Positions 31,307 to 41,572 of a DNA stretch of 54,666 nt are shown one piece after another. The position numbers and the translations under genes are program-made. Below the pieces are notes generated by a model. The model saw only the letters and a list, made by a program, of their open reading frames with translations, was not told the origin of the DNA and made no database searches. The stretch lies in the sequence record DRR378314_461; one strand, given 5' to 3'. How positions within the stretch are numbered: the first letter of the stretch is position 1; each line of letters starts with the position of its first letter.

Positions 31307-31870
31307 CTATCTGTTGGCGCCTGGAACCCATAAAACATCCCTGGCGCCTTTTTCGTTATAAAATCGCGACATGACAAACAATAAATCTGACAGGCGATTT
31401 ATGTAACGTATTGAAATTTCGTTTATATTTTCAACAGTTGCGAGCGAAACTATTCGCCTTTCAGCACGCCTGCAAACGGTACGTGCATGATGTAAATGCG
31501 CAGAAAATTCAGATCCCCCCGGCAAAATAAAGGAATTTAGTGGGGATAACTCCGAATTTAGCGAATCAATGACCTGTTCCAGCCATTCAACCTGCGCTTC
31601 GACAATTCGAAGTGGCGGATATTTTGGGTTATCCTCATGCGGCGTGCAGAGATCCGCGCCCAAATCAAACAAATCATTTTGAATGCGATTCAGGATATCC
31701 GTTGCCGATGCCTCTTCATGCACGCGGGCAATCCCGACGATCGCATTTAATTCATCCACATCTCCATAGGCGTCGACACGCGCATCATCCTTGGAAACCC
31801 GAAGTCCGTTGCCCAGTGACGTCTGACCCTTGTCACCGCCCCGGGTATAAATCTTGGTCAGCTTTACCAT
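31307..31870 (-). CDS. PduO-type cob(I)alamin adenosyltransferase
   Basis: KIYTRGGDKGQTSL, AYGDVDELN, FILPGG, RTVCRRAER, NRLSDLLF. Confidence 0.95.
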   Translation of the reverse strand: MVKLTKIYTRGGDKGQTSLGNGLRVSKDDARVDAYGDVDELNAIVGIARVHEEASATDILNRIQNDLFDLGADLCTPHEDNPKYPPLRIVEAQVEWLEQVIDSLNSELSPLNSFILPGGSEFSAHLHHARTVCRRAERRIVSLATVENINEISIRYINRLSDLLFVMSRFYNEKGARDVLWVPGANR

Positions 31871-31874
31871 GATC

Positions 31875-32069
31875 TCAGCTTCCTTTTGTGCCAAACGCCA
31901 GCCCGAGCATCACAAGGGCAATGGCGATCGCCTGAAATAAAATCCTGAGCCGCATGAGCCGATTACTGTTAAGGCCCCGTTTTTCACCAGATCGCCCCAT
32001 ATTCAGGACGCCCAGCAAAACAACAAGGGCAGTTGCAGCAACCGCTGCAAGAATGAAATAGTTGATCAT
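31875..32069 (-). CDS. Twin-transmembrane small protein (HIG1-like)
   Basis: Two TMs with SNRLMRLRILFQA motif; usual position upstream of pduO-etfBA. Confidence 0.85.
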   Translation of the reverse strand: MINYFILAAVAATALVVLLGVLNMGRSGEKRGLNSNRLMRLRILFQAIAIALVMLGLAFGTKGS

Positions 32070-32153
32070 CTGTTTCGCTTATCACATATTCTGCCCCCCA
32101 CCAAGGGAGGCTTACATCAATTATACGGGTGAATGTCCGTATCGGGAACGTGA

Positions 32154-33335
32154 ATGTCAGAAAAGACCTATGATATTGTAATTATTGGCGGCGGCGTAAT
32201 TGGATCGGCGATCGCGTATTTTCTAAGCCGGCAAGATGAGCGACCGCTTAAAATTGCCGTTATTGAAAAAGATAGCAGCTATCAGTTTGGCTCCACCGCC
32301 CGCTCCGCCGGTGGTATCCGGTTGCAGTTTTCAACCCCAGAAAATATCCGCATGTCCCAGTATGCTGTAGCGTTTTTGCGCAATATTACCTCGCACCTTG
32401 GCATCAATGGTGAAAAGGTCGATGTAAGCTATACCGAAGGGGGATATCTTTTCCTGGCGCAAGATCACCAGATCCCAATCCTCTATAACAATCACGAGGT
32501 TCAAAAACGCGAAGATGTGCCGGTTGCCTTGCTGGATCCGGGTGATTTGAAAACTGCATATCCGTGGATGAATGTCTCCGATCTGGCGGGCGGAACCGTT
32601 GGCCTGGAAGGGGAGGGATGGCTGGATGCCTATGGCCTCAATCAGGCTTTTCGAAAAAAAGCGATTTCTCAGGGTGTGGTCTATTTAAAAGATGAGCTTA
32701 CCGATCTTGACGTGAAGCTTCATAAGGTTGAACGAGGTCACTTAAAATCCGGCGGATCAATTTCTGCCGGCATCTTTGTGAATGCCGCCGGTGCACGGGC
32801 GGCAGATTTGGCAAAAATGGCCGGGCTGGATCTGGCCGTTCGTCCCCGCAAACGGTTTATTTATTCGTTCAGTTGCCGCGAGGAAATTGGTCCCTGCCCG
32901 CTGACCATTGATCCCAGCGGTCTTTATTTCCGGCCAGAGGGAACACAGTTCATCACCGGCCGCTCCCCCCGGCCGGAGGAGGATCCCGATTGTCTGGATT
33001 TTGAGGTTAATTATGACTGGTTTGAAAATGACATCTGGCCGGTCCTGGCAAACCGGGTCCCCGCATTTGAAGCCATCAAGATGGAAAATGCCTGGGCCGG
33101 GCATTATGCCTATACCCTGCTGGATCAGAACGCCGTTCTGGGCCCCCATCCCGAGATCCAGAACTTTATCTTCGCCAATGGCTTTTCAGGGCATGGCCTG
33201 CAACAATCACCTGCGGTTGGCCGGGCAATCGCAGAGTTGATCTTAACTCAAAACTATCAGACACTGGATTTATCCTGTTTCTCTTTTGAGCGCTTGCTGA
33301 GCGGCAAAGGGATCAGGGAAATCAATGTGGTTTAA
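32154..33335 (+). CDS. FAD-dependent oxidoreductase (DAO/SoxB-like, FOXRED1-like)
   Basis: IIGGGVIG, STARSAGGIRLQFS, WAGHY, NGFSGHGLQQSPAVG. Confidence 0.9.
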   Translation: MSEKTYDIVIIGGGVIGSAIAYFLSRQDERPLKIAVIEKDSSYQFGSTARSAGGIRLQFSTPENIRMSQYAVAFLRNITSHLGINGEKVDVSYTEGGYLFLAQDHQIPILYNNHEVQKREDVPVALLDPGDLKTAYPWMNVSDLAGGTVGLEGEGWLDAYGLNQAFRKKAISQGVVYLKDELTDLDVKLHKVERGHLKSGGSISAGIFVNAAGARAADLAKMAGLDLAVRPRKRFIYSFSCREEIGPCPLTIDPSGLYFRPEGTQFITGRSPRPEEDPDCLDFEVNYDWFENDIWPVLANRVPAFEAIKMENAWAGHYAYTLLDQNAVLGPHPEIQNFIFANGFSGHGLQQSPAVGRAIAELILTQNYQTLDLSCFSFERLLSGKGIREINVV

Positions 33336-33353
33336 CTTACAAAGGGGCGTTGA

Positions 33354-33551
33354 ATGCCAATCGTTCGCATTGAAATGTTTGACGGACGGCCAGAAGAGGT
33401 CAAACAGGAACTGGTTGAAACTGTTACCCGGGAAATGGTCCGCATAACCGGTTGTTCCGCCGCCAGTGTAAATGTTGTCATTTCCGATATTCCCAAACAA
33501 AACTGGGGACTGGGCGGGGAATTGGCGAGCCAGAAATTTCCGGACAAATAA
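33354..33551 (+). CDS. 4-oxalocrotonate tautomerase family protein
   Basis: Catalytic N-terminal Pro, GR..E.K..L, NWGLGG. Confidence 0.9.
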   Translation: MPIVRIEMFDGRPEEVKQELVETVTREMVRITGCSAASVNVVISDIPKQNWGLGGELASQKFPDK

Positions 33552-33560
33552 GGGATCTGA

Positions 33561-34439
33561 ATGATCAGCCTGCATCGACAGTTTCTCTATCTTGGCAAGG
33601 AATGCTTCCGTCATTTCGGCAATCAGAACTGCCTGCGCATGGCAACCGCGCTCAGTTATCAATCCCTTCTGGCTGTTGTGCCCCTGGCCGTTCTGGCGGT
33701 TTCCCTGCTGACTTATCTGGACGCCTTTTATACGTTTCAGGAAGATATCATCTTCTTTCTATTCGATAATCTGCTGCCCAACACGATTAATTCTGCTCAC
33801 AATATTCTTCAGGATATCGTTCTGAATGCGAAACAATTAACCTATGCCGGATTAATTGGCCTTGCCCTGACCGCGATCCTTTTGTTTTTGAATATTGAGG
33901 GCTGTTTTCGCCAAATCTGGCGTTCCACAACCACCAGAAATATCATCAAGCGGTTTATCGTCTATTTTCTGTTGTTGGCGGCAGGACCAATTGCCCTTGC
34001 CAGCAGTCTGACACTAGTGAAATGGATCAGCAACTGGACGGAACAGGCCAGTGGAATATCCCTTGGGCAATATGTTGACTATTTCAATTTTATGGTTCCG
34101 TTTCTGGTCACCTTGGCCATTCTCTATCTGCTTTACCGGCTTGTCCCAACCCGCAAAGTAAGCAGCCTGCACGCCCTGATCGGCGCATCGATTGCCGCTA
34201 GTTTATTCGTGCTGAGTAAAACCGCGTTCAGGCTCTATCTTATGGCGTTTCCAAGCTATGAAGCCATATATGGGGCCCTGGTAATCCTGCCGCTATTTCT
34301 GATCTGGATATATGTGTGCTGGGTCCTGGTGCTGTTAGGCGCCACCATCACGGCGGTTATTGGATTTAACTATTCAGAGCAACTGACACCGCTGAATAAA
34401 GATGAAAAGCGGGCTGCCAAAAAGCGAGTTACAGACTGA
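33561..34439 (+). CDS. YihY/virulence factor BrkB family membrane protein
   Basis: ATALSYQSLLAVVP, IE..F..IW, Y..IYGAL...P.FLIWIY. Confidence 0.9.
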   Translation: MISLHRQFLYLGKECFRHFGNQNCLRMATALSYQSLLAVVPLAVLAVSLLTYLDAFYTFQEDIIFFLFDNLLPNTINSAHNILQDIVLNAKQLTYAGLIGLALTAILLFLNIEGCFRQIWRSTTTRNIIKRFIVYFLLLAAGPIALASSLTLVKWISNWTEQASGISLGQYVDYFNFMVPFLVTLAILYLLYRLVPTRKVSSLHALIGASIAASLFVLSKTAFRLYLMAFPSYEAIYGALVILPLFLIWIYVCWVLVLLGATITAVIGFNYSEQLTPLNKDEKRAAKKRVTD

Positions 34440-35735
34440 TTAAAGGCCGAGCCGATCGGCAATGCGCTGCCATAACAAGACCCCGGGCATAAACCACGGA
34501 TTTCCGGAATAGAGGAATTTCCCGTCAAACGGCAGATCGTCAAAGGCCGTCTGCCCTTTATCTGCATCGCCGATTATTTTATAGCCAAGCTTGGTCCCGA
34601 AATAGGTCGAGCGGGCAACGCCGGATCCACAATATCCCATGGCAAAATACATGTCCCCCAGATTGCCAATATGCGGTGAATGATCAAAGCTGTAGGCAAC
34701 CAGTCCAGACCAGAGATGACTGATGCCGACACCCGCAAGCTCCGGATAAATCTCCGCCATTGAGGCTTGTAGGATGTTGAGATTTTGACCGGGCCTGTCG
34801 TGATATCCGGACGCCCGACCGCCAAATAAAATCCGTCGATTATTTGGCGTTGTCCGGTAATAGGCAATCAGCCGTCGGCTGTCTCCGTACATTCGGCGCT
34901 GCGGCATCAACCGGTCAATTTGCACCTGCGGCAATTTATCGGTGACCAATATGGCGCTTCTGAGCGGGAGTATGCGCTTGCGAAAATCAGGCAGCGCTTT
35001 GCCCGTATAGCCATTGGTACAAACAGCGACTTTCTCTGCTGTCACGGTCCCTTTTGGCGTGACAAGAAAAAACCGGCCGCTTTCTTTTCGGATATCCTGC
35101 ACCGGCGTGCCTTCGCGGATCTGTACCCCGGCGTTTCGAACAGCCTGCAACAGGCCGGCATGAAATTTTGCCGGATGCAAACCGCCATCCTGCTCATACA
35201 CAACGCCGCCGTGAAAAGCAGACGAGCCGGTCTCAAGTTGCTGTTCGCCAGGGGACACCATATGGCCTTTCACACCGCAGGCTTTTTGCAGCGCTTCCAG
35301 CTCCCGCGCCATGGCGTCATAGTGCGCAGGCTTCAACGCGCCCCGAAAGCGCCCGGTCTGTTTAAACTCAGCCTCTATATTTTCAACGGCCAGAAAATTA
35401 GCCAGAAAATCAACAAAGCCGACACTTTCTTTGAGAATATTATGGGCAACCGTGTCACCATAATTGGCCTTTAAGCCAGCGATTCCCAGTTTATGAAAAC
35501 TCGGACCGACCATTCCGCCATTGCGCGAACTTGCCCCTTCGCCCAATCGGCCCGCTTCCAACAGCAGCACTTGATGACCACTTCTGGCAACGACCAAAGC
35601 CGCCGCGAGCCCTGTAAAGCCTGAACCGATCACAACGACTTCAGATTTTTCTGGCAGGCTCTCAGGCGCTTGTTCTTCCCTGGGCACTGCCTCCCACCAG
35701 TAAGGAGAGGTTTTCATATTTTGACTTTCAACCAT
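34440..35735 (-). CDS. FAD-dependent oxidoreductase (PuuB/DadA-like)
   Basis: IGSGFTG, GASSRNGG, LHPAK, TNGYT, MGYCGSGV. Confidence 0.9.
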   Translation of the reverse strand: MVESQNMKTSPYWWEAVPREEQAPESLPEKSEVVVIGSGFTGLAAALVVARSGHQVLLLEAGRLGEGASSRNGGMVGPSFHKLGIAGLKANYGDTVAHNILKESVGFVDFLANFLAVENIEAEFKQTGRFRGALKPAHYDAMARELEALQKACGVKGHMVSPGEQQLETGSSAFHGGVVYEQDGGLHPAKFHAGLLQAVRNAGVQIREGTPVQDIRKESGRFFLVTPKGTVTAEKVAVCTNGYTGKALPDFRKRILPLRSAILVTDKLPQVQIDRLMPQRRMYGDSRRLIAYYRTTPNNRRILFGGRASGYHDRPGQNLNILQASMAEIYPELAGVGISHLWSGLVAYSFDHSPHIGNLGDMYFAMGYCGSGVARSTYFGTKLGYKIIGDADKGQTAFDDLPFDGKFLYSGNPWFMPGVLLWQRIADRLGL

Positions 35736-35780
35736 AATCTGAAAATTAGGGTAAAAATATCAGCGCCTTAGTACAAGCAT

Positions 35781-35816
35781 AAAAAAAACGGATGCGCCGA
35801 AGCGACATCCGTTTTT
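35781..35816 (-). terminator. Rho-independent terminator after mcd
   Basis: A8-CGGATG-cgc-cgaa-gcg-a-CATCCG-T5. Confidence 0.85.
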
Positions 35817-35837
35817 CATTTTCTCAAGAGGCAGGTG

Positions 35838-37517
35838 TCAGTTAGCGCCTTCCAGCAACCGTCTGGCGATAACCTGTGCCTGAATTTCGCCAGCCCCTTC
35901 AAAAATGTTCAGGATGCGGGCGTCGCAAAGCACGCGGCTGATCGGATATTCAAGCGCAAACCCATTACCCCCATGAACCTGCAGCGCGTTATCTGCAGCA
36001 TTCCAGGCAACACGCGCGCCCAGCAGCTTGGCCATACCCGCTTCCAGATCACAGCGGCGGCCTTCATCTTTTGCCCGCGCAGATGCATAGGTCAACTGAC
36101 GCGCCATCATGATTTCCACAGCCATCCAGGCAAGTTTGCCGGACACCCGGGGAAATTCGATAATGGGACGCGCGAACTGAACCCGGTCAATGGCGTAGCG
36201 AAGACCCAGCTCCATGGCATTCTGAGCGACACCCAGCGCCCGAGCCGCGGTTTGAATTCGCGCACTTTCGAAAGTTTGCATCAGCTGTTTAAAGCCGTTG
36301 CCTTCTTCCTCACCCAAAAGATTTTCGGCTTTCACTTCAAAATCATCAAAGCCAAGCTCATATTCCTTCATCCCGCGATACCCAAGGACTTCAATTTCGC
36401 CGCCGCTCATCCCGTCGGTCGGGAAATCCGTATCGTCGGTCATGTGCTGCTTTTCAGCCAGGAACATGGACAGGCCTTTGTAGCCCGGCTCATTTGGATT
36501 ACTGCGGGCCAGTAACGTCATCACATCGGCGCGCGCCGCATGGGTGATCCAGGTTTTATTTCCGGTAATTTTATAGACATCACCGTCTTTTACAGCCCGG
36601 GTTCTGAGGGACGCCAGATCGGAGCCGGTATTTGGTTCTGTAAACACCGCCGTTGGCAATGTTTCACCGCTGGCAATTTGCGGCAGCCATTTTTCTTTCT
36701 GAGCAGTTGTGCCCCCTGCCAGAATAAGTTCAGCCGCAATTTCGGACCGCGTACCGAGGGAGCCCACACCGATATAGCCACGCGACAATTCCTCAGACAC
36801 CACGCACATGGACATTTTACCAAGCCCAAGACCATCATAGTCTTCCGGAATTGTCAGCCCGAAAACACCCAGTTCTGACATTTTATCGACAACCGGACGC
36901 GGGATAAGTTCATCCTTCAAATGCCATTCATGGGCATATGGAATAACTTCTTCTTCGGCAAACCGACGGAACTGATCACGGATCATGGAATAGGTTTCAT
37001 CCAGACAGGGATCGCCGAAATTACCGGTGTCCATCCCTTCTGCAATCAGTTCCGCAATCCGCATCCGCACAGCCGGAGAATACCCCCTGGCAATCAGAAC
37101 GTTCACCGCATCGGTTTCAAACGCGTCAACATCAGCAGGATCAATTCCAAGATCGGCGGGACGAATAATTTCGCCCAATGTCATGGGGATACCGCCTTTG
37201 ATCTGCGCCAAATATTCCGCAAATCCCGATTGCAGGATCAGTTTTTCCAGCTCGCCGTTTTTGCCTTCGGAGGTCAGATCCCGGGACCAGCGCAATGTTT
37301 CTTTCAGCGTTTCCACATAGGTCACAAGCCACGCCAGGCCGTGTGTCGCATACTGGTTTTGCTCAACCAGGCGCGCGCTGATCCGGCCATCTTCACCTCT
37401 GGTGAAAGAGGCGACGGCATTAATCGCCTGCTGTTTGAATTTTTCGGCCGATTCCAGGGAACTGGCGCAAAGTTCGTCTAGCCTGTCCAGAATAAGACTG
37501 GTTGGTTCTGTCGTCAT
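35838..37517 (-). CDS. mcd: (2S)-methylsuccinyl-CoA dehydrogenase
   Basis: Acyl-CoA dehydrogenase with long N-terminal extension (HGLAW..TYVE), ELSRGYIGVGSLGTRSEIA, LGYRGMKEY, IFEGA; directly downstream of ccr. Confidence 0.9.
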   Translation of the reverse strand: MTTEPTSLILDRLDELCASSLESAEKFKQQAINAVASFTRGEDGRISARLVEQNQYATHGLAWLVTYVETLKETLRWSRDLTSEGKNGELEKLILQSGFAEYLAQIKGGIPMTLGEIIRPADLGIDPADVDAFETDAVNVLIARGYSPAVRMRIAELIAEGMDTGNFGDPCLDETYSMIRDQFRRFAEEEVIPYAHEWHLKDELIPRPVVDKMSELGVFGLTIPEDYDGLGLGKMSMCVVSEELSRGYIGVGSLGTRSEIAAELILAGGTTAQKEKWLPQIASGETLPTAVFTEPNTGSDLASLRTRAVKDGDVYKITGNKTWITHAARADVMTLLARSNPNEPGYKGLSMFLAEKQHMTDDTDFPTDGMSGGEIEVLGYRGMKEYELGFDDFEVKAENLLGEEEGNGFKQLMQTFESARIQTAARALGVAQNAMELGLRYAIDRVQFARPIIEFPRVSGKLAWMAVEIMMARQLTYASARAKDEGRRCDLEAGMAKLLGARVAWNAADNALQVHGGNGFALEYPISRVLCDARILNIFEGAGEIQAQVIARRLLEGAN

Positions 37518-37574
37518 GGGTTTTTCACTTTTGTTGTTTTTTAGAGGCTATTCCTAAAGAATTTTCCGGGGACG

Positions 37575-38882
37575 TCAAGCGTTCCCGGCTTCCATAGCAT
37601 CTTCCAACGTTCTCAAACCCGGATATTTAGCAGACACGAGCACCGCCATATTGCCTGGTTTATGCTGATTATTCATCATCATGGTATGAGCTCGCGGAAT
37701 ATCATCCCATGTAAAGACCTCTGACATGCAAGGGTCAATCCGACGTTCAATCACCATGTTGTTCGCCTGAGAAGCCTGCTTGAGGTTGGCAAAATGGCTG
37801 CCTTGAATTCGTTTTTGGCGCATCCAAACAAAACGGGCATCCATGGTCAGGTTAAAGCCTGTCGTTCCCGCGCAGAACACAACCATACCGCCGCGCTTCA
37901 CAACGTTACAGGAAACAGGGAATGTGGCTTCACCGGGATGTTCGAAGACAAAGTCAACATCATTCCCCTTGCCCGTGATTTCCCAGATCGCCTTACCGAA
38001 TTCGCGGGTTTTCTTCATATAATCCGAAAAACCTTCACCGTTCACTTTCGGCAATTGTCCCCAGCAATCAAAATCATTCCGGTTCAAAACGCCCTTGGCG
38101 CCCAGTGACATCACAAAATCCCGTTTGGATTCATCGGAAATCACACCGATTGCATTGGCACCGGCCGCCGCACAAATCTGAACCGCAAAAGATCCAAGAC
38201 CGCCTGAGGCACCCCAAACAAGAACATTGTGGCCCGGACGCAGGATGTGGGGCCGATGGCCAAACAACATCCGATAAGCAGTGGCAAGCGTCAGCGTGTA
38301 ACAGGCGCTTTCTTCCCAGGTCAGATGCTTTGGACGGGGCATCAACTGACGATCCTGCACACGGCAGAACTGAGCGAAAGATCCATCCGGTGTCTCATAT
38401 CCCCAAATCCGCTGGGACGGGGAGAACATTGGATCGCCGCCGTTACATTCTTCATCGTCACCATCATCCTGGTTACAATGAACAACGACCTCATCACCGA
38501 CTTTAAAGCGTTTCACTTTGTTTCCAACGGCGTAGACAATGCCGGAGGCGTCGGAACCCGCAATATGGTAGGGCTCACTATGCACATCAAAGACAGAAAT
38601 CGGCTCACCCAATGACGCCCAGACACCGTTGTAATTAACACCGGCCGCCATTACCAGGACCAGCACATCGTGAGAATCAAGTTTAGGGGTATCGACAACC
38701 TCAACCTGCATGGCTTTTTCAGGCTCACCATGCCGTTCGCGGCGAATCGCCCAGGCATACATTTTGGATGGGACATGACCAACCGGGGGGATTTCACCGA
38801 TCTCATACAGATCCTTGAGAGGGGCGTTCGACCCTGGGGGTGTTGGTTCAGTTGGGGTAACGGCTTCACTCGCAGACATCAC
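37575..38882 (-). CDS. ccrA: Crotonyl-CoA carboxylase/reductase
   Basis: KDLYEIGEIPP, GVNYNGVWA, IWGYETPDGSFAQF, FEHPGE, WMRQKRIQGSHFA. Confidence 0.97.
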   Translation of the reverse strand: MMSASEAVTPTEPTPPGSNAPLKDLYEIGEIPPVGHVPSKMYAWAIRRERHGEPEKAMQVEVVDTPKLDSHDVLVLVMAAGVNYNGVWASLGEPISVFDVHSEPYHIAGSDASGIVYAVGNKVKRFKVGDEVVVHCNQDDGDDEECNGGDPMFSPSQRIWGYETPDGSFAQFCRVQDRQLMPRPKHLTWEESACYTLTLATAYRMLFGHRPHILRPGHNVLVWGASGGLGSFAVQICAAAGANAIGVISDESKRDFVMSLGAKGVLNRNDFDCWGQLPKVNGEGFSDYMKKTREFGKAIWEITGKGNDVDFVFEHPGEATFPVSCNVVKRGGMVVFCAGTTGFNLTMDARFVWMRQKRIQGSHFANLKQASQANNMVIERRIDPCMSEVFTWDDIPRAHTMMMNNQHKPGNMAVLVSAKYPGLRTLEDAMEAGNA

Positions 38883-39120
38883 TCAATTCCTCTTCTCTAT
38901 TACAGTGCGGGCCTGTCGCCCACTCGTTGCAGTCACTATACCGCAGCGCATCATTTTTTTCTTCGCTAAAAGCGTCTCTATCGTTAATATTGGCCAGATT
39001 ACAAACCTCACTTGGGAGTGCAAGTTTTTTTTGCAGCGCAATACAAAGTTATGATATTACGTGGCGAACGAAGAATAAGAAATAACTGACCTGATTGATG
39101 TGCATTGACGAAAGATTATT

Positions 39121-41136
39121 ATGAGCAGAGAGACTACAGGAACCCCTGATTCCCCAACTGCAGCCCCGAAAGATCGCCCCTGGCTTTTCAGGACCTATTC
39201 CGGTCATTCGTCTGCAGAAGCGTCTAATGAACTGTATCGGACGAATCTTGGAAAAGGCCAAACCGGCCTTTCGGTCGCTTTCGACCTGCCCACCCAGACC
39301 GGTTATGATTCGGATCATGTCCTGGCCAAAGGTGAGGTTGGCAAGGTGGGGGTGCCCATTTGCCATCTGGGCGACATGCGCACCTTGTTTGATCAGATCC
39401 CGCTGGAGAAAATGAACACCTCCATGACGATCAACGCCACATCCGCCTGGTTGCTGGCGCTTTATGTTGCCGTGGCAGAAGAGCAGGGTGCCGACCGAAA
39501 GACCCTTCAAGGCACGGTGCAAAACGATATCATCAAGGAATATCTGTCGCGCGGAACCTACATCTTCCCCCCAGCCCCCAGCATGCGGCTAATCACAGAT
39601 GTGGTCAGTTTCACCTATAAAGAGGTTCCGAAATGGAATCCGACGAATGTCTGTTCTTACCACCTGCAGGAAGCGGGCGCGACACCGGTTCAGGAACTCT
39701 CTTTTGCCTTGGCAACCGCGATCTCTGTGCTGGACGCAGTGAAAGACTCCGGTCAGATCAGCGCTGAAGACTTTCCATCGGCAACCGGCCGGATCAGTTT
39801 CTTTGTCAATGCGGGCATTCGCTTCGTCACCGAAATGTGCAAAATGCGTGCGTTTGTCGATCTTTGGGATGAAATCCTGAGAGATCGTTATGGCGTGGAT
39901 AATGAAAAATTCCGCCGCTTTCGCTATGGCGTGCAGGTCAACTCTTTGGGACTGACGGAACAGCAACCGGAAAATAACGTTTACCGGATCTTGCTGGAAA
40001 TGCTGGCCGTGACCCTGTCCAAGAAGGCCCGTGCCCGTGCGGTCCAGCTTCCCGCATGGAACGAAGCGTTAGGCCTGCCGCGCCCGTGGGACCAACAATG
40101 GTCTTTACGTTTGCAGCAGATTGTCGCCTTTGAAACGGATCTTCTGGAATATGGGGATATTTTCGATGGGTCTGTTGAAATTGACCGCAAAGTTGAAGAA
40201 CTGAAAGCTGCTGCCCGGGACGAATTGACGCAAATCGACAAAATGGGCGGGGCGGTTGCCGCGGTTGAGTCCGGTTATTTGAAAGAAGCCTTGGTCCATT
40301 CAAACACGGATCGGGTCCAATCGGTGATTTCCGGCGATATGACTGTCGTGGGTGTGAATAAATTTACCGAAAGTACGCCCTCTCCGCTCACGCAGGCGGG
40401 TGATGGCGGCATTATGACCGTTGATCCCAAATCAGAAGCCGAACAGATTGAACGACTGAATGCCTGGCGGGCCAGCCGGGATCAGGCGAAAGTCGATGCC
40501 GCCCTGAAAGCGCTGAAACAGGCGGCTGTTGGTGGCCAGAATATCATGCCCCCCTCCATTGAGGCGGCGAAAGCCGGCGTGACAACCGGCGAATGGTCAG
40601 AAGCCTTGCGCTCCGTCTATGGTGAATATCGGGCGCCAACCGGTGTCAGCGCAGCCCCCAGTAATAACCCCCGCTCCAGCGAACAGTTACGCGACAAGGT
40701 TGCCGAGGCTGGACGTAAACTTGGCCGCCCGGTCAAGGTGCTGGTTGGAAAACCCGGGTTGGATGGCCATTCAAATGGGGCAGAACAAATTGCTGTGTCC
40801 GCCCGCGACTGCGGTATGGATGTGGTTTATGAAGGCATTCGCCTGACCCCTGAGCAGATCGTCAATTCAGCCAAGGACCAGAACGTTCATATGATCGGAC
40901 TGTCCATTTTGTCAGGCTCTCACCTGTCCCTTGCCGAAGACGTGGTGACCCGACTGAAAGCGGAAGGGCTGGATGATATCCCGGTGGTCGTCGGCGGCAT
41001 TATTCCAACGGAAGATGCAAATGCGCTGTTACAAAAAGGGATTAGCGCTGTTTACACGCCAAAGGATTTCGAAATGGAAGGGATCATGTCAGACATGGTC
41101 GACATTGTCCTGAAATCCGAAAGCGAACCGGCTTAA
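39121..41136 (+). CDS. ecm: Ethylmalonyl-CoA mutase (MeaA), B12-dependent
   Basis: PWLFRTYSGHS, SVAFDLPTQTGYDSD, YHLQEAGA, GLDGHSNG (DxHxxG); divergent from ccr. Confidence 0.95.
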   Translation: MSRETTGTPDSPTAAPKDRPWLFRTYSGHSSAEASNELYRTNLGKGQTGLSVAFDLPTQTGYDSDHVLAKGEVGKVGVPICHLGDMRTLFDQIPLEKMNTSMTINATSAWLLALYVAVAEEQGADRKTLQGTVQNDIIKEYLSRGTYIFPPAPSMRLITDVVSFTYKEVPKWNPTNVCSYHLQEAGATPVQELSFALATAISVLDAVKDSGQISAEDFPSATGRISFFVNAGIRFVTEMCKMRAFVDLWDEILRDRYGVDNEKFRRFRYGVQVNSLGLTEQQPENNVYRILLEMLAVTLSKKARARAVQLPAWNEALGLPRPWDQQWSLRLQQIVAFETDLLEYGDIFDGSVEIDRKVEELKAAARDELTQIDKMGGAVAAVESGYLKEALVHSNTDRVQSVISGDMTVVGVNKFTESTPSPLTQAGDGGIMTVDPKSEAEQIERLNAWRASRDQAKVDAALKALKQAAVGGQNIMPPSIEAAKAGVTTGEWSEALRSVYGEYRAPTGVSAAPSNNPRSSEQLRDKVAEAGRKLGRPVKVLVGKPGLDGHSNGAEQIAVSARDCGMDVVYEGIRLTPEQIVNSAKDQNVHMIGLSILSGSHLSLAEDVVTRLKAEGLDDIPVVVGGIIPTEDANALLQKGISAVYTPKDFEMEGIMSDMVDIVLKSESEPA

Positions 41137-41146
41137 CCCAATCTGG

Positions 41147-41545
41147 TTAGAGGGCTGCCATTAAATTAGCGGCAGCCCCGATTAACAGCATCAACATGGT
41201 TCCCCCAGCCGAAATCATCCGCCCGAGCCGTTTCCAGGCTGGCACTTTCACTGTGCCGAACAAACTGATCGGGTGCAGGATCCGGAGCAGGATAAAAATG
41301 GCCCCGTATAGATGCAGCCACTGTGCACCGATGCCCTGCAACTCCATAAAATAGAGAAGCAACAGCATAATCGGTGCATATTCAATCAGGTTGCCAAACC
41401 CGCGGGAGGCAAGGGTTAGATCCGCATTCCCGCCATCGCCAATCGCAATCCGGTTACGCTGACGCAACAGTGCCGTTCGTGTGGACAAGACTGCCATCAA
41501 AATCGCAACCAGTGCGACGTAAATGGGTGTTATCAATATGTCCAT
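41147..41545 (-). CDS. MAPEG family membrane protein
   Basis: IGDGG, R..GN..EYAP, RILH. Confidence 0.88.
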   Translation of the reverse strand: MDILITPIYVALVAILMAVLSTRTALLRQRNRIAIGDGGNADLTLASRGFGNLIEYAPIMLLLLYFMELQGIGAQWLHLYGAIFILLRILHPISLFGTVKVPAWKRLGRMISAGGTMLMLLIGAAANLMAAL

Positions 41546-41572
41546 GCCTTTACCCCTTTTCTAGTCAGGCCG

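Noticed and set aside
38883..39120. Possible cobalamin riboswitch before ecm
   Set aside because: No recognisable B12-box or conserved core
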